From an uncultured Candidatus Poseidoniales archaeon (GTDB lineage Archaea > Thermoplasmatota > Poseidoniia > Poseidoniales > Thalassarchaeaceae): a stretch of 64,000 nucleotides of DNA. Position numbers and translations under genes: made by a program. The stretch spans positions 156,635 to 220,634 of the forward strand of contig CAYFFQ010000002.1 in NCBI GenBank assembly GCA_964342465.1, written 5' to 3'. Shown here piece after piece: positions 17,586-27,718 of this stretch. Numbering within the stretch: the first letter of the stretch is position 1; every line of letters starts with the position of its first letter. The notes below the pieces were generated by a model, which did no database searches, had not been told where the DNA came from, and was given only the letters and a program-made list of their open reading frames with translations.

Positions 17586-19148
17586 TCACTCTCCTGTTAT
17601 GTATGGCACCTTATAAGTGCCACCGTTGTGAAATGGCCCATCGATTGTCTGCCAATTTTCACTCCAACCATACTGGAATGCATTGATGGACATCACTTTA
17701 TAGAATTCATCAGGGGCTTCCCCCTGAAAACTCGCAGGCTCCAAAAACTCTGAAAACGCTGTCGGTGTGTGCAACAACCACTTGTTGTTGACGACATCGA
17801 CCGAACCCTCTAGGTAGCAACTGTCCAATTCGATGCCATTCTCGATACACCACGAATCCTTGTATGGAATTAGGATGGATGACCACGCATGAGCCTCCCA
17901 GACCTCATGACCCAAAGAGGTGAGAGCGCCAAATTCATACCACGTCGGAATATTCTTGGTTCGCATGATGCTCATCCACGCGTTCGCCTGTTCATCGCAG
18001 TCACCGATTTGTTGTGCTAGACAAGTTGGACCACTTCTCGGAGGATAGGCCAATCCCTGTCCGTATTGCACATTATCTCGCACATGGATGAAAGCTGCGT
18101 GTGCAAAGGCATAGATGTTGTCCTGTTGAGTGGACGGTAGGGAAGCGAGGATGTTGTCTGCTGTGGCGGTGACAAGGGGGTGGTCACCGTCGATAGCCCA
18201 ATCGCGGTTGCCACCACTAGGATTGCGGTCATACCATTGATGTTGTTCGCCTATCAACTCCGTGGTGGACTTGACCCAACCTTGGCGATACAAATCGGAA
18301 AAATCTCCGGAGTTCTCTATGTTCATACCGTTGGCTTCTCCAAGAATCGATGTTGCTATTGTCCCATCATCCGCCCAAGTGTAGGAAAATGATTGGATCT
18401 CGTACTCAACTACGAGACGGGCAAGGGAGTTGGATGGAACATCACCTTGCCAAATCAAGCATCGCACATACTCGCAAGTATTTTCACCGCTTCCTTTGGG
18501 CGGCCAGTAGACCTCGGTGAACCCATCTCCGAGCGAGACTGCGTCGGCCTCTACGACATACTGTTCATCATAAACCGGTACGGAAATGTGGGGTGTGGTC
18601 GGCCCCACAACCATATTCGTCACCATCTGCAGAGAGAATGCTTGGTCAAATCCGCCTATTCTCTCAAAAGTTGTTGATTCAACACCTCGACTGGTCCTCT
18701 GAATCGGGATAGGGAGATGATAGAGAAAGTGTCGTTCTCCAGAATCCCAATTCTCAATCTCCACAGTCCTCTGAAGTGTATATTGAGTTGAAACTGGATA
18801 CTCATGCGCAGGGCCGATGGACTTCCACAGGTCACCCAACCACATCTCCAATTGCCTGTTCACATGCTCTTGTGCAGGAGTGAAGAGAAATACGAAGGCG
18901 ATGGCGATGACAAGCACCAGATTGCGAAATTGTCGGCCGGATTTCTTCTTCCTTCTGCGCGCCGCTGCTGCTCGCGCTCGCGCTCTCGGGTCGGCCCCGA
19001 ACTCAACCTTTCTCGGGCTAGTCCGGTTTGACCGGCCTGCAACTCGCTGTGGCATCCCTTGTGAACCTGCGGTGATTCTGCCACAAGAATGACAGATGGT
19101 TCTCGAAGTTTGCATCGGCTCCATGCAATATGGGCAATGCGACATCAT
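17586..19148 (-). CDS. Zinc-ribbon / single-TM / transglutaminase-like cysteine protease-fold protein
   Basis: It has an N-terminal CPYC..CHSC ribbon, a basic stretch and a TM helix (LVLVIAIAFVFLF). The C-terminal transglutaminase core is GDCDEQANAWMSIMRTKNIPTWY...HAWS. Confidence 0.75.
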   Translation of the reverse strand: MMSHCPYCMEPMQTSRTICHSCGRITAGSQGMPQRVAGRSNRTSPRKVEFGADPRARARAAAARRRKKKSGRQFRNLVLVIAIAFVFLFTPAQEHVNRQLEMWLGDLWKSIGPAHEYPVSTQYTLQRTVEIENWDSGERHFLYHLPIPIQRTSRGVESTTFERIGGFDQAFSLQMVTNMVVGPTTPHISVPVYDEQYVVEADAVSLGDGFTEVYWPPKGSGENTCEYVRCLIWQGDVPSNSLARLVVEYEIQSFSYTWADDGTIATSILGEANGMNIENSGDFSDLYRQGWVKSTTELIGEQHQWYDRNPSGGNRDWAIDGDHPLVTATADNILASLPSTQQDNIYAFAHAAFIHVRDNVQYGQGLAYPPRSGPTCLAQQIGDCDEQANAWMSIMRTKNIPTWYEFGALTSLGHEVWEAHAWSSILIPYKDSWCIENGIELDSCYLEGSVDVVNNKWLLHTPTAFSEFLEPASFQGEAPDEFYKVMSINAFQYGWSENWQTIDGPFHNGGTYKVPYITGE

Positions 19149-19424
19149 TATTGTCTGTCCGACAGACCACGATAACGGTTATGTTGACATCTATCAGACT
19201 TCTAGAGTAACAGCACATTTTCACTTTGATTCAGTAACTCCAATACGATGGGACTAGTTTGCACAACTGCGGTCATCTTTGACCTGTAGTCACAATCGTA
19301 TACAGGGTGGAGCCATTGCTCACGGTGAGGTGTTCACGACGAAAGTGAGGGTGTGATTTGTGGTGTCCATTTACCGATACAGATGTATATCTTCGTTGAG
19401 CCGATGAGCAGGCCGCATGAAGAC

Positions 19425-20225
19425 CTACTCATCCTCATGATGGGTGACATACTCGCCCTTCTCTCTCTCTCGCTTCTGCCGCCGCCTCTTCTCAGACATT
19501 CGCACTGTTCTTTCGTATTCCTGCTTGATTGAGGGGAGTAGGGCAGCAGGTAGCCATTTTTCTTCTGCAACTGTGAATCCCCAGTATGCAGCCAGTGGAA
19601 GAATAAGCAGGAAGATGGGCTGGGCGGTGACTGAAAGAAGGGTGATTATCAGCAACAGTCCTCTGAATATGCCCGTCTGCCACATAACTGAAAGAGGTTT
19701 TTTCAGGGTGATTGCAGCACCCTGCCATGAGCCGAGAGCAGCTTCACCGACAGGCAGGGTAATGGTTATCCAAAGTCCGACGGCAATCATCTCAGGAGTG
19801 AAGCCCGATACATATCCCGGCCATCCGGGTGACGCCATCCTTATCATCAGATACGAGCAGATGATTGCCCCCATTCCAAGACCGAGAGTCCATCCCGATG
19901 TGGGGGATGCGCGCAACAGACGAACACCCTTTCTGGTGAGCAGGTAGTGAATCACAAGTGACTGGAGGAGACCGAGAAAGAACATCAGACTGAGATTTGC
20001 GACACCGACAGCACGAAAGTAGGCCACCTCCTGAATGAACAAACCGTCGATGAAGTAGACCGAGGCTGAGCCGACCACGATACCCCAGCCGAGGTGTTTG
20101 GTGGCGTTGGGCATGTCGTAGAAACCCGCCATCCGGCGCATACCACCCCGCCAACCGGCGTAAACCCCGAGAAGACCAAAGGCGATGAGCAGTTGCATCT
20201 GCATCTGCGGTATATCCACTGCCAT
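19425..20225 (-). CDS. Polytopic membrane protein with a basic C-terminal tail, hypothetical
   Basis: About 7 hydrophobic helices are present, followed by a Lys/Arg/Glu-rich tail. No family was recognised. Confidence 0.55.
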   Translation of the reverse strand: MAVDIPQMQMQLLIAFGLLGVYAGWRGGMRRMAGFYDMPNATKHLGWGIVVGSASVYFIDGLFIQEVAYFRAVGVANLSLMFFLGLLQSLVIHYLLTRKGVRLLRASPTSGWTLGLGMGAIICSYLMIRMASPGWPGYVSGFTPEMIAVGLWITITLPVGEAALGSWQGAAITLKKPLSVMWQTGIFRGLLLIITLLSVTAQPIFLLILPLAAYWGFTVAEEKWLPAALLPSIKQEYERTVRMSEKRRRQKREREKGEYVTHHEDE

Positions 20226-20463
20226 TGAGGAGGCGAGCCTATCGTCTCTGATTTATTCTTTGCACCACAGAGGTGACATTGCGCCACTAAGCCCACGAAG
20301 ATAATCGGTCGCCTAATAGTCTATGTCTGCCCGAGGGAGTGTAATTTCGCCGCCCAACTTCACCCATGGCTCAGAGGTCTGCCACTGATTTCTTCTGCTC
20401 TGGTAAAATGAATAGGCGGCGGATTCAAACATGAGCACCGGCGCCGCAGGTTCGGTGGAGTGA

Positions 20464-21819
20464 ATGGCTCTCGAAGGATTGAGGAGCGGAATATTCACCG
20501 CCATCTCAAAATTGAAAGGGAAAAGAAAACTCGATGAGGCTGAACTTGCCGAAATGATTCGCTCCATTCGGAAGGCACTGTTGGAAGCCGATTTCAATGT
20601 GCGACAGACGAAGGAAATCGCCGAACGATTGGATTCCCGTATGAGGGATGAAGAGCCGAGGCCAGGAATCACACTCCAAACCCATGCACTGAACATCCTC
20701 TACACGGAACTTGTTCGGTTGCTCGGTTCTCCTCGTGAGATAGTCCCGTATAATCAGACCGTTCTGATGGTCGGTCTTTATGGTCAAGGAAAGACCACTA
20801 CGACGGCAAAACTAGCCGAGTGGTGGCGAAAGAAACACGCCATGAAGGTGGCGGTTATTGAGGCCGATGTACATCGCCCCGGCGCTTATGCGCAACTGAA
20901 ACAACTGCTTGCAGATTCTCCGGTAGAGGTCTATGGGGAACCAGAGGAGAGTGACGCACTGACCATTGTCAAGAATGGCCTCGCAGCCGTTGGCAGCGCT
21001 GACCTCGTAATCGTCGACACTGCCGGCCGTGACCGGCTGGACCAGGAATTACAGGATGAATTGGACCAGATTCACAGGGTCGCTAATGCTACAGAGAGGT
21101 TTCTCGTCATTGATGCGCAGGTCGGACAGGCTGCAGGGCCAGTCGCTGCCTCTTTCCATGACCTTGTCGGGATAACCGGTGTGATTGTCACCAAATTGGA
21201 CGGAACCGCCCGTGGAGGTGGGGCTCTCTCCGCAGTGGCGGCAACAGGAGCCGGCATCACCTTCATCGGAGAAGGCGAGAAAATTGAAGATTTAGATAGA
21301 TTTGAGGCTGACAGATTCATTTCGCGACTGCTTGGAATGGGTGACATCCGAGGTCTAGTCGACCTCGCCCCCGATGACCTTGATGCAGAAGAGGCGGCTA
21401 GGATCGCCACCCGTTTAATGTCGGGAAGATTCACCCTCAATGACATGTACAAACAGATGGAGATGATGTCCAAGATAGGAACCGTCGACAAAATTCTCTC
21501 ACATATGCCTATGGGATTTTTCGGTGGAATGGGAAACATGTCCACAAAACAGAAGCAGGAGATGCAGGACAATCTCGAACAGTTCCGAATCATCATGGAT
21601 AGCATGACCGCAGAAGAGAAAAACGAACCGACCCTCCTAAAACAAGAGCGGATTCGACGAGTTGCGAGAGGTTCTGGGACTACAGAAAAGGATGTCAGGG
21701 AACTCATTGCCCAGTGGAAACGCTCGCGCAAGATGATGAAGGGCGTGCGAGGCAACAGAACGCTTCGCAAGCAGATGAAACAGATGATGGGCGATATGGA
21801 CGACGACATCGCCATCTAG
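20464..21819 (+). CDS. srp54: Signal recognition particle protein SRP54
   Basis: It has an N domain, a G domain (GLYGQGKTTTTAKLA, DTAGR, TKLDGTARGG) and a Met-rich M domain. Confidence 0.95.
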   Translation: MALEGLRSGIFTAISKLKGKRKLDEAELAEMIRSIRKALLEADFNVRQTKEIAERLDSRMRDEEPRPGITLQTHALNILYTELVRLLGSPREIVPYNQTVLMVGLYGQGKTTTTAKLAEWWRKKHAMKVAVIEADVHRPGAYAQLKQLLADSPVEVYGEPEESDALTIVKNGLAAVGSADLVIVDTAGRDRLDQELQDELDQIHRVANATERFLVIDAQVGQAAGPVAASFHDLVGITGVIVTKLDGTARGGGALSAVAATGAGITFIGEGEKIEDLDRFEADRFISRLLGMGDIRGLVDLAPDDLDAEEAARIATRLMSGRFTLNDMYKQMEMMSKIGTVDKILSHMPMGFFGGMGNMSTKQKQEMQDNLEQFRIIMDSMTAEEKNEPTLLKQERIRRVARGSGTTEKDVRELIAQWKRSRKMMKGVRGNRTLRKQMKQMMGDMDDDIAI

Positions 21820-21829
21820 AGGTGGTGGA

Positions 21830-22441
21830 ATGGGTCGGCGAAAGTTCGCTATCGTAGGCCACCGCGCCCAATCCGCCGGCCAATTGAATCTGAATGACTT
21901 GGCCGCTGCTGGTGGCCGAATCGATGTCCTCGTCAGAGCCGTAAATGCGGCTCTCTTCCTCTCACACGGAATCCGTAGGGATACCGAAGTCATCCTTCAC
22001 CTCCTGCATGGCAACAGAAGCGGAAGGAGAATCAAATTTGATGGTTCTACTCTGCGCGGAGTTCACCCTGATGAGCGGGCCATAGCCGGTCAGATCGGCA
22101 AAGTGCTCCTTAAGGAGAGAACTGTGGTAGGCCAATGGGAGGAAGTGCACCACGGCATGTCGCACTCATGGGGAAATCTCGAGACGACATTGGATGAATG
22201 GGATAGTGAGAACTGTCAGGTCATTCACCTGACTGCCGATGCAGATGATTTGGCAACCACTGAATTACTTGATTGGGAGAGGCCAGTCGGGTTCGTCCTG
22301 TCAGACGACCAACCTTTCACGGCTGAAGAAGAAGGAATCCTTCAACTCAAGCGGTTAACTGCTCTTTCAATTGGCGAGAAATGGCTACAAGGGCATATTG
22401 TCATCGGAATAGTCCACCACATCGGTGACGGGAGGGTCTGA
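21830..22441 (+). CDS. trmY: tRNA (pseudouridine54-N1)-methyltransferase (SPOUT, DUF358 family)
   Basis: The N-terminus RKFAIVGHRA......LNDLAAAGGRIDVLVRAVNAALFLSHGIRRD matches the TrmY family pattern. The size is about 200 aa. Confidence 0.75.
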   Translation: MGRRKFAIVGHRAQSAGQLNLNDLAAAGGRIDVLVRAVNAALFLSHGIRRDTEVILHLLHGNRSGRRIKFDGSTLRGVHPDERAIAGQIGKVLLKERTVVGQWEEVHHGMSHSWGNLETTLDEWDSENCQVIHLTADADDLATTELLDWERPVGFVLSDDQPFTAEEEGILQLKRLTALSIGEKWLQGHIVIGIVHHIGDGRV

Positions 22442-22715
22442 GTCAATCGCTGACTACCCAAGGATGCACTCCACCTTTCCTGACGGTCGAGACTGAGTCA
22501 ATCGCTGACTACCCAAGGATGCAGTCCACCTTTCCTGACGGTCGAGACTGAGTCAATCGCTGACTACCCAAGGATGCACTCCACCTTTCCTGACGGTCGA
22601 GACTGGGTCAATCGCTGACTACCCAAGGATGCACTCCACCTTAACCGACGGACTGGTCTGAGTTAATCGCCGCAAGCGCGAGGCCGCACTCCCGCCTCGC
22701 AGATGGACGAGCATG
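22441..22715. repeat. 55-bp direct tandem repeat: 3 near-identical units, 1 slightly diverged and 1 degenerate, with further decayed copies inside both flanking gene ends
   Basis: The units run 22441-22495, 22496-22550, 22551-22605, 22606-22660 and 22661-22715. The consensus is agtcaatcgctgactacccaaggatgcactccacctttcctgacggtcgagactg. There are no spacers between units. Confidence 0.95.
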
Positions 22716-22717
22716 AG

Positions 22718-23644
22718 TCAATCATCGCCAACCCAAGGGGGCAGTCCCGCATCGGTGATGGTTGCGGCCAATACTTCATCAGATATGGAGAGGGGGTGGC
22801 CCTGTGGCCATGTGCCAAGAGTGGATACACTAGCCTTTCCCAAATTGACACAATGTGAATCTCCGTGACATAGAGGTTCATCCTCGATATGAGCGGAGCC
22901 GAGTTTGATTTTCCATTGCGAATCACCTTCATCACTGACTATGGTGATGTGGTCTCTGTACCATCGGCCACCGAGGTGGGTGGAGGCAAAATCTCCGTCC
23001 CAGCCTAGGGGAACATTGAGATTGAGATAGACATCCCCTTTCACCAGAGCATTGCGAAGGACATCATCTCCATTTTCACCCAGAGGCGGAAAACTACTAC
23101 CGTGAACCCTTCCGAGGTTCGCCGGGACATTTGGGATGATATTACACACTCTTTCCAACAGTTCGAGTGTCGCTGTGACCGCTACATCAAAATTAATCGG
23201 CTCGTATGAATCGATACTCGTCGCAATCGCCGGCAGGCCACATGTTCCAGCCTGCCGCGCTGCACCAATGGTCCCAGAATGGAGGACATCAACCGACATA
23301 TTTGGGCCGCGGTTGATACCACTGAGGCACACCGCTGGTGTCGGAGTGCCTGCGGGAAGACCACCGCCGAGGGCGAGAAGGACGCTGTCTGCTGGATAAC
23401 CAGAGACATCGAACAGGTGCAGTTCCGGCCCGCCCTCTTTCAATCTATAGAGAGATAGCAAGTCATCTCTTCGACGAAGATGTAAGAGTCGATGGAGAGT
23501 AAGGTGCATGGTGGATGCTGACCTCTCTCGGTCCGGTGCACAGACCACTACGGGATAACCTGCATCGACAAGCCCCTGCACCAACTCAACTATACCCTTA
23601 GCCTCGATGCCATCATCGTTGGTCACTAGAACTGTGTGTTTCAT
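22718..23644 (-). CDS. surE: 5'/3'-nucleotidase SurE
   Basis: The N-terminus VLVTNDDGIEAKGI and the motif SGINRGPN match the SurE family. Confidence 0.9.
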   Translation of the reverse strand: MKHTVLVTNDDGIEAKGIVELVQGLVDAGYPVVVCAPDRERSASTMHLTLHRLLHLRRRDDLLSLYRLKEGGPELHLFDVSGYPADSVLLALGGGLPAGTPTPAVCLSGINRGPNMSVDVLHSGTIGAARQAGTCGLPAIATSIDSYEPINFDVAVTATLELLERVCNIIPNVPANLGRVHGSSFPPLGENGDDVLRNALVKGDVYLNLNVPLGWDGDFASTHLGGRWYRDHITIVSDEGDSQWKIKLGSAHIEDEPLCHGDSHCVNLGKASVSTLGTWPQGHPLSISDEVLAATITDAGLPPWVGDD

Positions 23645-23647
23645 CCT

Positions 23648-24655
23648 TCACCCCTCCAATGTATCGCCATCTGCTCCGTCGACGGAACCCTGTCCGAGGG
23701 TCACCAATATCACCCCTCCTATTAGGAACATGCCCCCCACCCAAGTGTGAACAGCTGGGACGGTGGTTGTACCGAGAGCCCAGCCAATGACCGAGCCTAT
23801 GAGAGGTTCGAATAGAACTGCCACTGAAATGACGAGTGGGTCGAGGTATCGCAACACTCCGTTTATTCCGGTATGGCCGACTAACCCTGGCACCAATGCG
23901 AGATAAATGACAGCAGACAGCCATGAAAACTTCAACCATCCAAAGACCTCGAGATGTGAGTGTTCGGAGGAGAAACCTGTTCCTTCGAGTAGAATTGATG
24001 ACAACACCAGCAGCAGAGATGCGATAACGGTCACTGGGAAGGCGTAGATGAACAGCGGCACCCACCTTCTCAACACCCTACCGGCGGCGAGATAGCCAAC
24101 TATAGCCACCGCTCCGATGAAGGCTGCCGTATCACCTATCAGAGTGGCATCCCCTTCGGATTGAACACCCAACAATACCACTCCAGCACCGATGAAACCG
24201 ACAATCGCGCCTGCCATCTCCCGCGGCGAGAGGGATTTACCGAGAATCACCATCCCAACAACAATGACGAGAGGATGAGCAGTGACGAACAAGAGGCTGT
24301 GGGTCAGGGATGTGTGGTCGAGCGACCATACCCATGTGGCAAAATGAATCCAGAGACAGATTCCCGAGCCGATGATGATGGAGATGACTCTTCGATTCAG
24401 TATCTCTGCAAGATAGTCTCGCCCCCTCCCTTTCATGCTGAGGAGTTGGGAAATGAAGAAGGGCAGTAACACCAAGGAGGTCGCCTGAAGACGCCATGAA
24501 GCACGCAATAGCGGTGGTACTTCGTCAATTAGTTGGAAGACTGCACCGGCACTGGAAACAGAGATTACCGAGAGTGTGAGAACTACCCAAGCGAAAGCAG
24601 GTGGCTTTTCAGCCAAAGAGAACACCTTAACCCAACTCTGCATCGAGCAAGTCAT
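23648..24655 (-). CDS. EamA/DMT-superfamily transporter
   Basis: It has about 10 TM helices in two homologous halves, which is typical EamA composition. It overlaps the upstream OPT gene by about 29 nt, so the start is uncertain. Confidence 0.75.
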   Translation of the reverse strand: MTCSMQSWVKVFSLAEKPPAFAWVVLTLSVISVSSAGAVFQLIDEVPPLLRASWRLQATSLVLLPFFISQLLSMKGRGRDYLAEILNRRVISIIIGSGICLWIHFATWVWSLDHTSLTHSLLFVTAHPLVIVVGMVILGKSLSPREMAGAIVGFIGAGVVLLGVQSEGDATLIGDTAAFIGAVAIVGYLAAGRVLRRWVPLFIYAFPVTVIASLLLVLSSILLEGTGFSSEHSHLEVFGWLKFSWLSAVIYLALVPGLVGHTGINGVLRYLDPLVISVAVLFEPLIGSVIGWALGTTTVPAVHTWVGGMFLIGGVILVTLGQGSVDGADGDTLEG

Positions 24656-27068
24656 CTTTCGGACCGATGATTCCAGCCTTCCTGAACAACCAATAGATAC
24701 CCAATCCTATCATTACGTTCATGGCCACGAAGGCTCCAAATCTCGCCCACGGATACCATGACAGGTCTCCAAGAACCTCTGACTCCATCATCTGGTTTCC
24801 GTCACTGTCGAGAATCGGTGTCTCGCCGTCGAATAGGGGAATCTCCTCTCCAGTCGGCAACTCGTCGACGACAGCGAAAACGGCACTTTCAACCCCGAGA
24901 AACGCTTCGCCGGTCAACATTCCGGCGGCGAGCATGAAAGTGCCGAGCAACATGATTGCGCGCTGACGCTCGGCCTCTTTGTTGCCCTCTTTTTGGCGAA
25001 TCTTCTCAACTTTGGGTTTGAGTCTCTTCGCCTCCCACCAGTCTCTCAGTCCACCGCCGATGAGCATCGGGAATGTGGCGAGAGTGGGCAGATACATACC
25101 CAATCCGAAAGAGGTGCCCATTCCGGTAGCCCATTCTATGAAGCAGCCGAGAATGAAGCCGAGTCCGAGAGCGTAGAGGTTGCCTTCATTCTCGGCCAGA
25201 AGAATGGTGAATGTTGCGAAGGCGTTTGCTTGCGGTGCCAGCAGATTGATACTGCCGTCTGCAAGCATCTTGGAGAGAAAGATTGCCACTCCCGCTCCAA
25301 GAATGGCTCCGGGAACAACACCCAAGATGTTGCCCTTGGAGATATGATAAGGACGATTACCTATGTAGAGACTGTTCTTGTAATCGCCGACAACTGTCCC
25401 AGACATGGAGATGGCTGACCCAAAGACTGTCGTTCCAACCAAACCCAACAGGATTGCCTCCTCCTTCGAAAGGCCAAAGGTGTCGCGCAGGTTGAGGAAT
25501 AGCCCGAGTAATCCCAAGAGAACGATGAACGATGTGCCACTGACAGGTTCAATGCCCGTTTCACCCATAACGCGAACTGCGATGGCGCCAAGCAGGAAAG
25601 TTGCGATGCCGACAATGATTGCAAAAATTAGGCTTGGAATCAGAGGGAATCCACCGATAGTGAAAATAAAGGTCATGGCGAAGAACGAGATGACAATGAA
25701 AATCGGCAAATGATAGAGCGGCCACTCATACCACCCCTTTCCTTCGATGTATTCAGCACCCTGTTCTCCTTTGAACGCCTTGCTGATGTCACCGAAGATG
25801 TTGATGAAAGTAGGAGCCATCTTGGCGAGTCCAAGAAATCCACCGCCGAGAATCGCCCCAATTGCGATGACCCTGATGAGGGTTGAATAGACCACCATCT
25901 GCACTACTGGACTATGTGGAACGGTCTGAGGGTCGCCGATGTCTGAGAGTGTGAAATAGTCGCCGAGAGCAGCGATGTAGACGGGCACATCCAAGGCGAC
26001 TGCTAACGGCACAAGATAGAACCATGCTACAAGAGTGCCAAGATTTACTAGAATAGCAACCCTCAGTCGCATGAACCAGCCGATAGCGAAGAGAGTCGGA
26101 GACATCTCTATTCCGAGATATGTGTATTCGAAGGGATTGAACCGCTCCGGGTCATAGTGAGTGATGCCATTTGACACACCCTCCCAAGTCCCATGTTGCC
26201 CCTCCACGGTAGTTATTCCGGCCGGCTGATGGAGTGCATGGTGGCTGAAAATTGAAGAGAGGGCGGTGCCGGCGAATGAGACCTTCTGAGCGATGACATC
26301 CACCGCCGATGCCGCCACCCCGTCAAGATGCCTCTTCCACGACAGTGGATAATCTATCAGGAACATGAATAGCATCGTGGCCACAGTGGAGATACCGACT
26401 GTCTTGAGTGACTCCTTCGCCTGCTCCGCCGCCCCCGATGATACATCGCAGGCGATATCCAGCAGTACGAGTGTCGCTTCAAATCCCGGCATTGGGAGAG
26501 GGTCTTCGACCAGCCATACCCGCCGGAAGATGATGAAATACATCACTCCGAGGAATCCAGCGAACATCGAGGCGATGATGCCGATGAATGCCAATTGAAA
26601 AGTATCTACATTGCTAATCAGATGAGTTCCAGAAACTTCGTAATTGGGACTTGTAGCCAATAAGAAAATAGCTGGAAATGTGAAAATGAACCCTGTTGAT
26701 GCGTGAGTGGCACCAGTGGTGGCGCTGGTGGCGATATTGACTTCTGAAGGAGACCATCTCATCGCCATTCCGAGAAGATAGGCGATGTACCAAGCGGCAG
26801 AGACTGCCAAGCCGATTTTCAGCCCGATGTAGGCTGTGACACCACTGAAGACTGCACCGATCAGTATTCCAGTGAGGACCTTTCCAAGCGACCAATGTGA
26901 CACTTCGAAGGCCTCTTCGAGGTTCTTCTCTTCGAGATATTGTTCAAGCAGTCCGGTGTTAAGATTCTTGTACATCTCTTGGTCCAGCCAAGTGAGACTA
27001 CCTTCCTCTATCGCCTTGATACCTTCTGCGGTCAGCGGTTGACGGTATGCCGAACGCTTGACACTCAT
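24627..27068 (-). CDS. OPT-family oligopeptide transporter
   Basis: It is an 813-aa polytopic protein with glycine-rich helices and an OPT-like DPLPMPGFEAT motif. The family call is from overall pattern only. Confidence 0.65.
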   Translation of the reverse strand: MSVKRSAYRQPLTAEGIKAIEEGSLTWLDQEMYKNLNTGLLEQYLEEKNLEEAFEVSHWSLGKVLTGILIGAVFSGVTAYIGLKIGLAVSAAWYIAYLLGMAMRWSPSEVNIATSATTGATHASTGFIFTFPAIFLLATSPNYEVSGTHLISNVDTFQLAFIGIIASMFAGFLGVMYFIIFRRVWLVEDPLPMPGFEATLVLLDIACDVSSGAAEQAKESLKTVGISTVATMLFMFLIDYPLSWKRHLDGVAASAVDVIAQKVSFAGTALSSIFSHHALHQPAGITTVEGQHGTWEGVSNGITHYDPERFNPFEYTYLGIEMSPTLFAIGWFMRLRVAILVNLGTLVAWFYLVPLAVALDVPVYIAALGDYFTLSDIGDPQTVPHSPVVQMVVYSTLIRVIAIGAILGGGFLGLAKMAPTFINIFGDISKAFKGEQGAEYIEGKGWYEWPLYHLPIFIVISFFAMTFIFTIGGFPLIPSLIFAIIVGIATFLLGAIAVRVMGETGIEPVSGTSFIVLLGLLGLFLNLRDTFGLSKEEAILLGLVGTTVFGSAISMSGTVVGDYKNSLYIGNRPYHISKGNILGVVPGAILGAGVAIFLSKMLADGSINLLAPQANAFATFTILLAENEGNLYALGLGFILGCFIEWATGMGTSFGLGMYLPTLATFPMLIGGGLRDWWEAKRLKPKVEKIRQKEGNKEAERQRAIMLLGTFMLAAGMLTGEAFLGVESAVFAVVDELPTGEEIPLFDGETPILDSDGNQMMESEVLGDLSWYPWARFGAFVAMNVMIGLGIYWLFRKAGIIGPKDDLLDAELG

Positions 27069-27103
27069 TTCGGCTCACCATTCATCACTTGAGTTGCTGC
27101 GAT

Positions 27104-27490
27104 TCAATGGTCGCGGATTATGCGGAATCTTCCCATCGCTTCCATCCACATGATTTCGCCACCCGATTCGATATTCTGCCCCTCCTCCAGTGGCAAGACC
27201 ATCATCTCAAAGGTCTTAGCATCCATGGCATGAACCTCATTACCCTGTATGTGGGTGACTGTGGCAGACCCTTTCTCAATAATCGGAACGCTGATTTTGT
27301 CAGTCACGGTGCCAACATAACTTCGTTTACTGCCTGAGAATATGTCCTCCAACTCAAGCCGCGCCTTGGCACTGCCGTGCTTGCCCGGCTTTGATTTCGA
27401 GATTCTGAGAATCTTGTATGCTTCATCATCGACAGCGCAATAGCGCCCGACCTTCAGAGTGCGAATCTCGACCTTCTCCGTCCCCGCCAT
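27104..27490 (-). CDS. eif5a: Translation initiation factor 5A (aIF5A)
   Basis: It has the hypusine-loop motif SKSKPGKHGSAKAR with KOW and OB halves. The start is placed at MAGTEKVEIR to give the usual length of about 128 aa; the longest ORF runs to 27553. Confidence 0.9.
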   Translation of the reverse strand: MAGTEKVEIRTLKVGRYCAVDDEAYKILRISKSKPGKHGSAKARLELEDIFSGSKRSYVGTVTDKISVPIIEKGSATVTHIQGNEVHAMDAKTFEMMVLPLEEGQNIESGGEIMWMEAMGRFRIIRDH

Positions 27491-27718
27491 GTCAAACCCA
27501 GACTGCACCCCGACAATGCCTCTTATGATAGTTGCCTCATCCATGCTCGCCAAACGAGGCCGACGGTGGTTCTCTCATTCTCTTGACTAACGATGGGACA
27601 CGAGCGTCACTTGCCATTGAACCTTATTCACTGAACTGGTAAACGGGGGTCGTGACCCAAGCAGAACAAACGCAATCAGTTCGGAAATTAATCCGCAGCC
27701 GTCTGAGGTCCTGTGTCC

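Noticed and set aside
20313-20696. 127-aa - strand ORF across the srp54 start region
   Set aside because: It overlaps the well-supported srp54 N-terminus and is Ser-rich and low-complexity.
22441-22715. Possible CRISPR array (regular 55-bp periodicity)
   Set aside because: The units are directly abutting with no unique spacers. No cas genes or leader are present. It is a plain tandem repeat.
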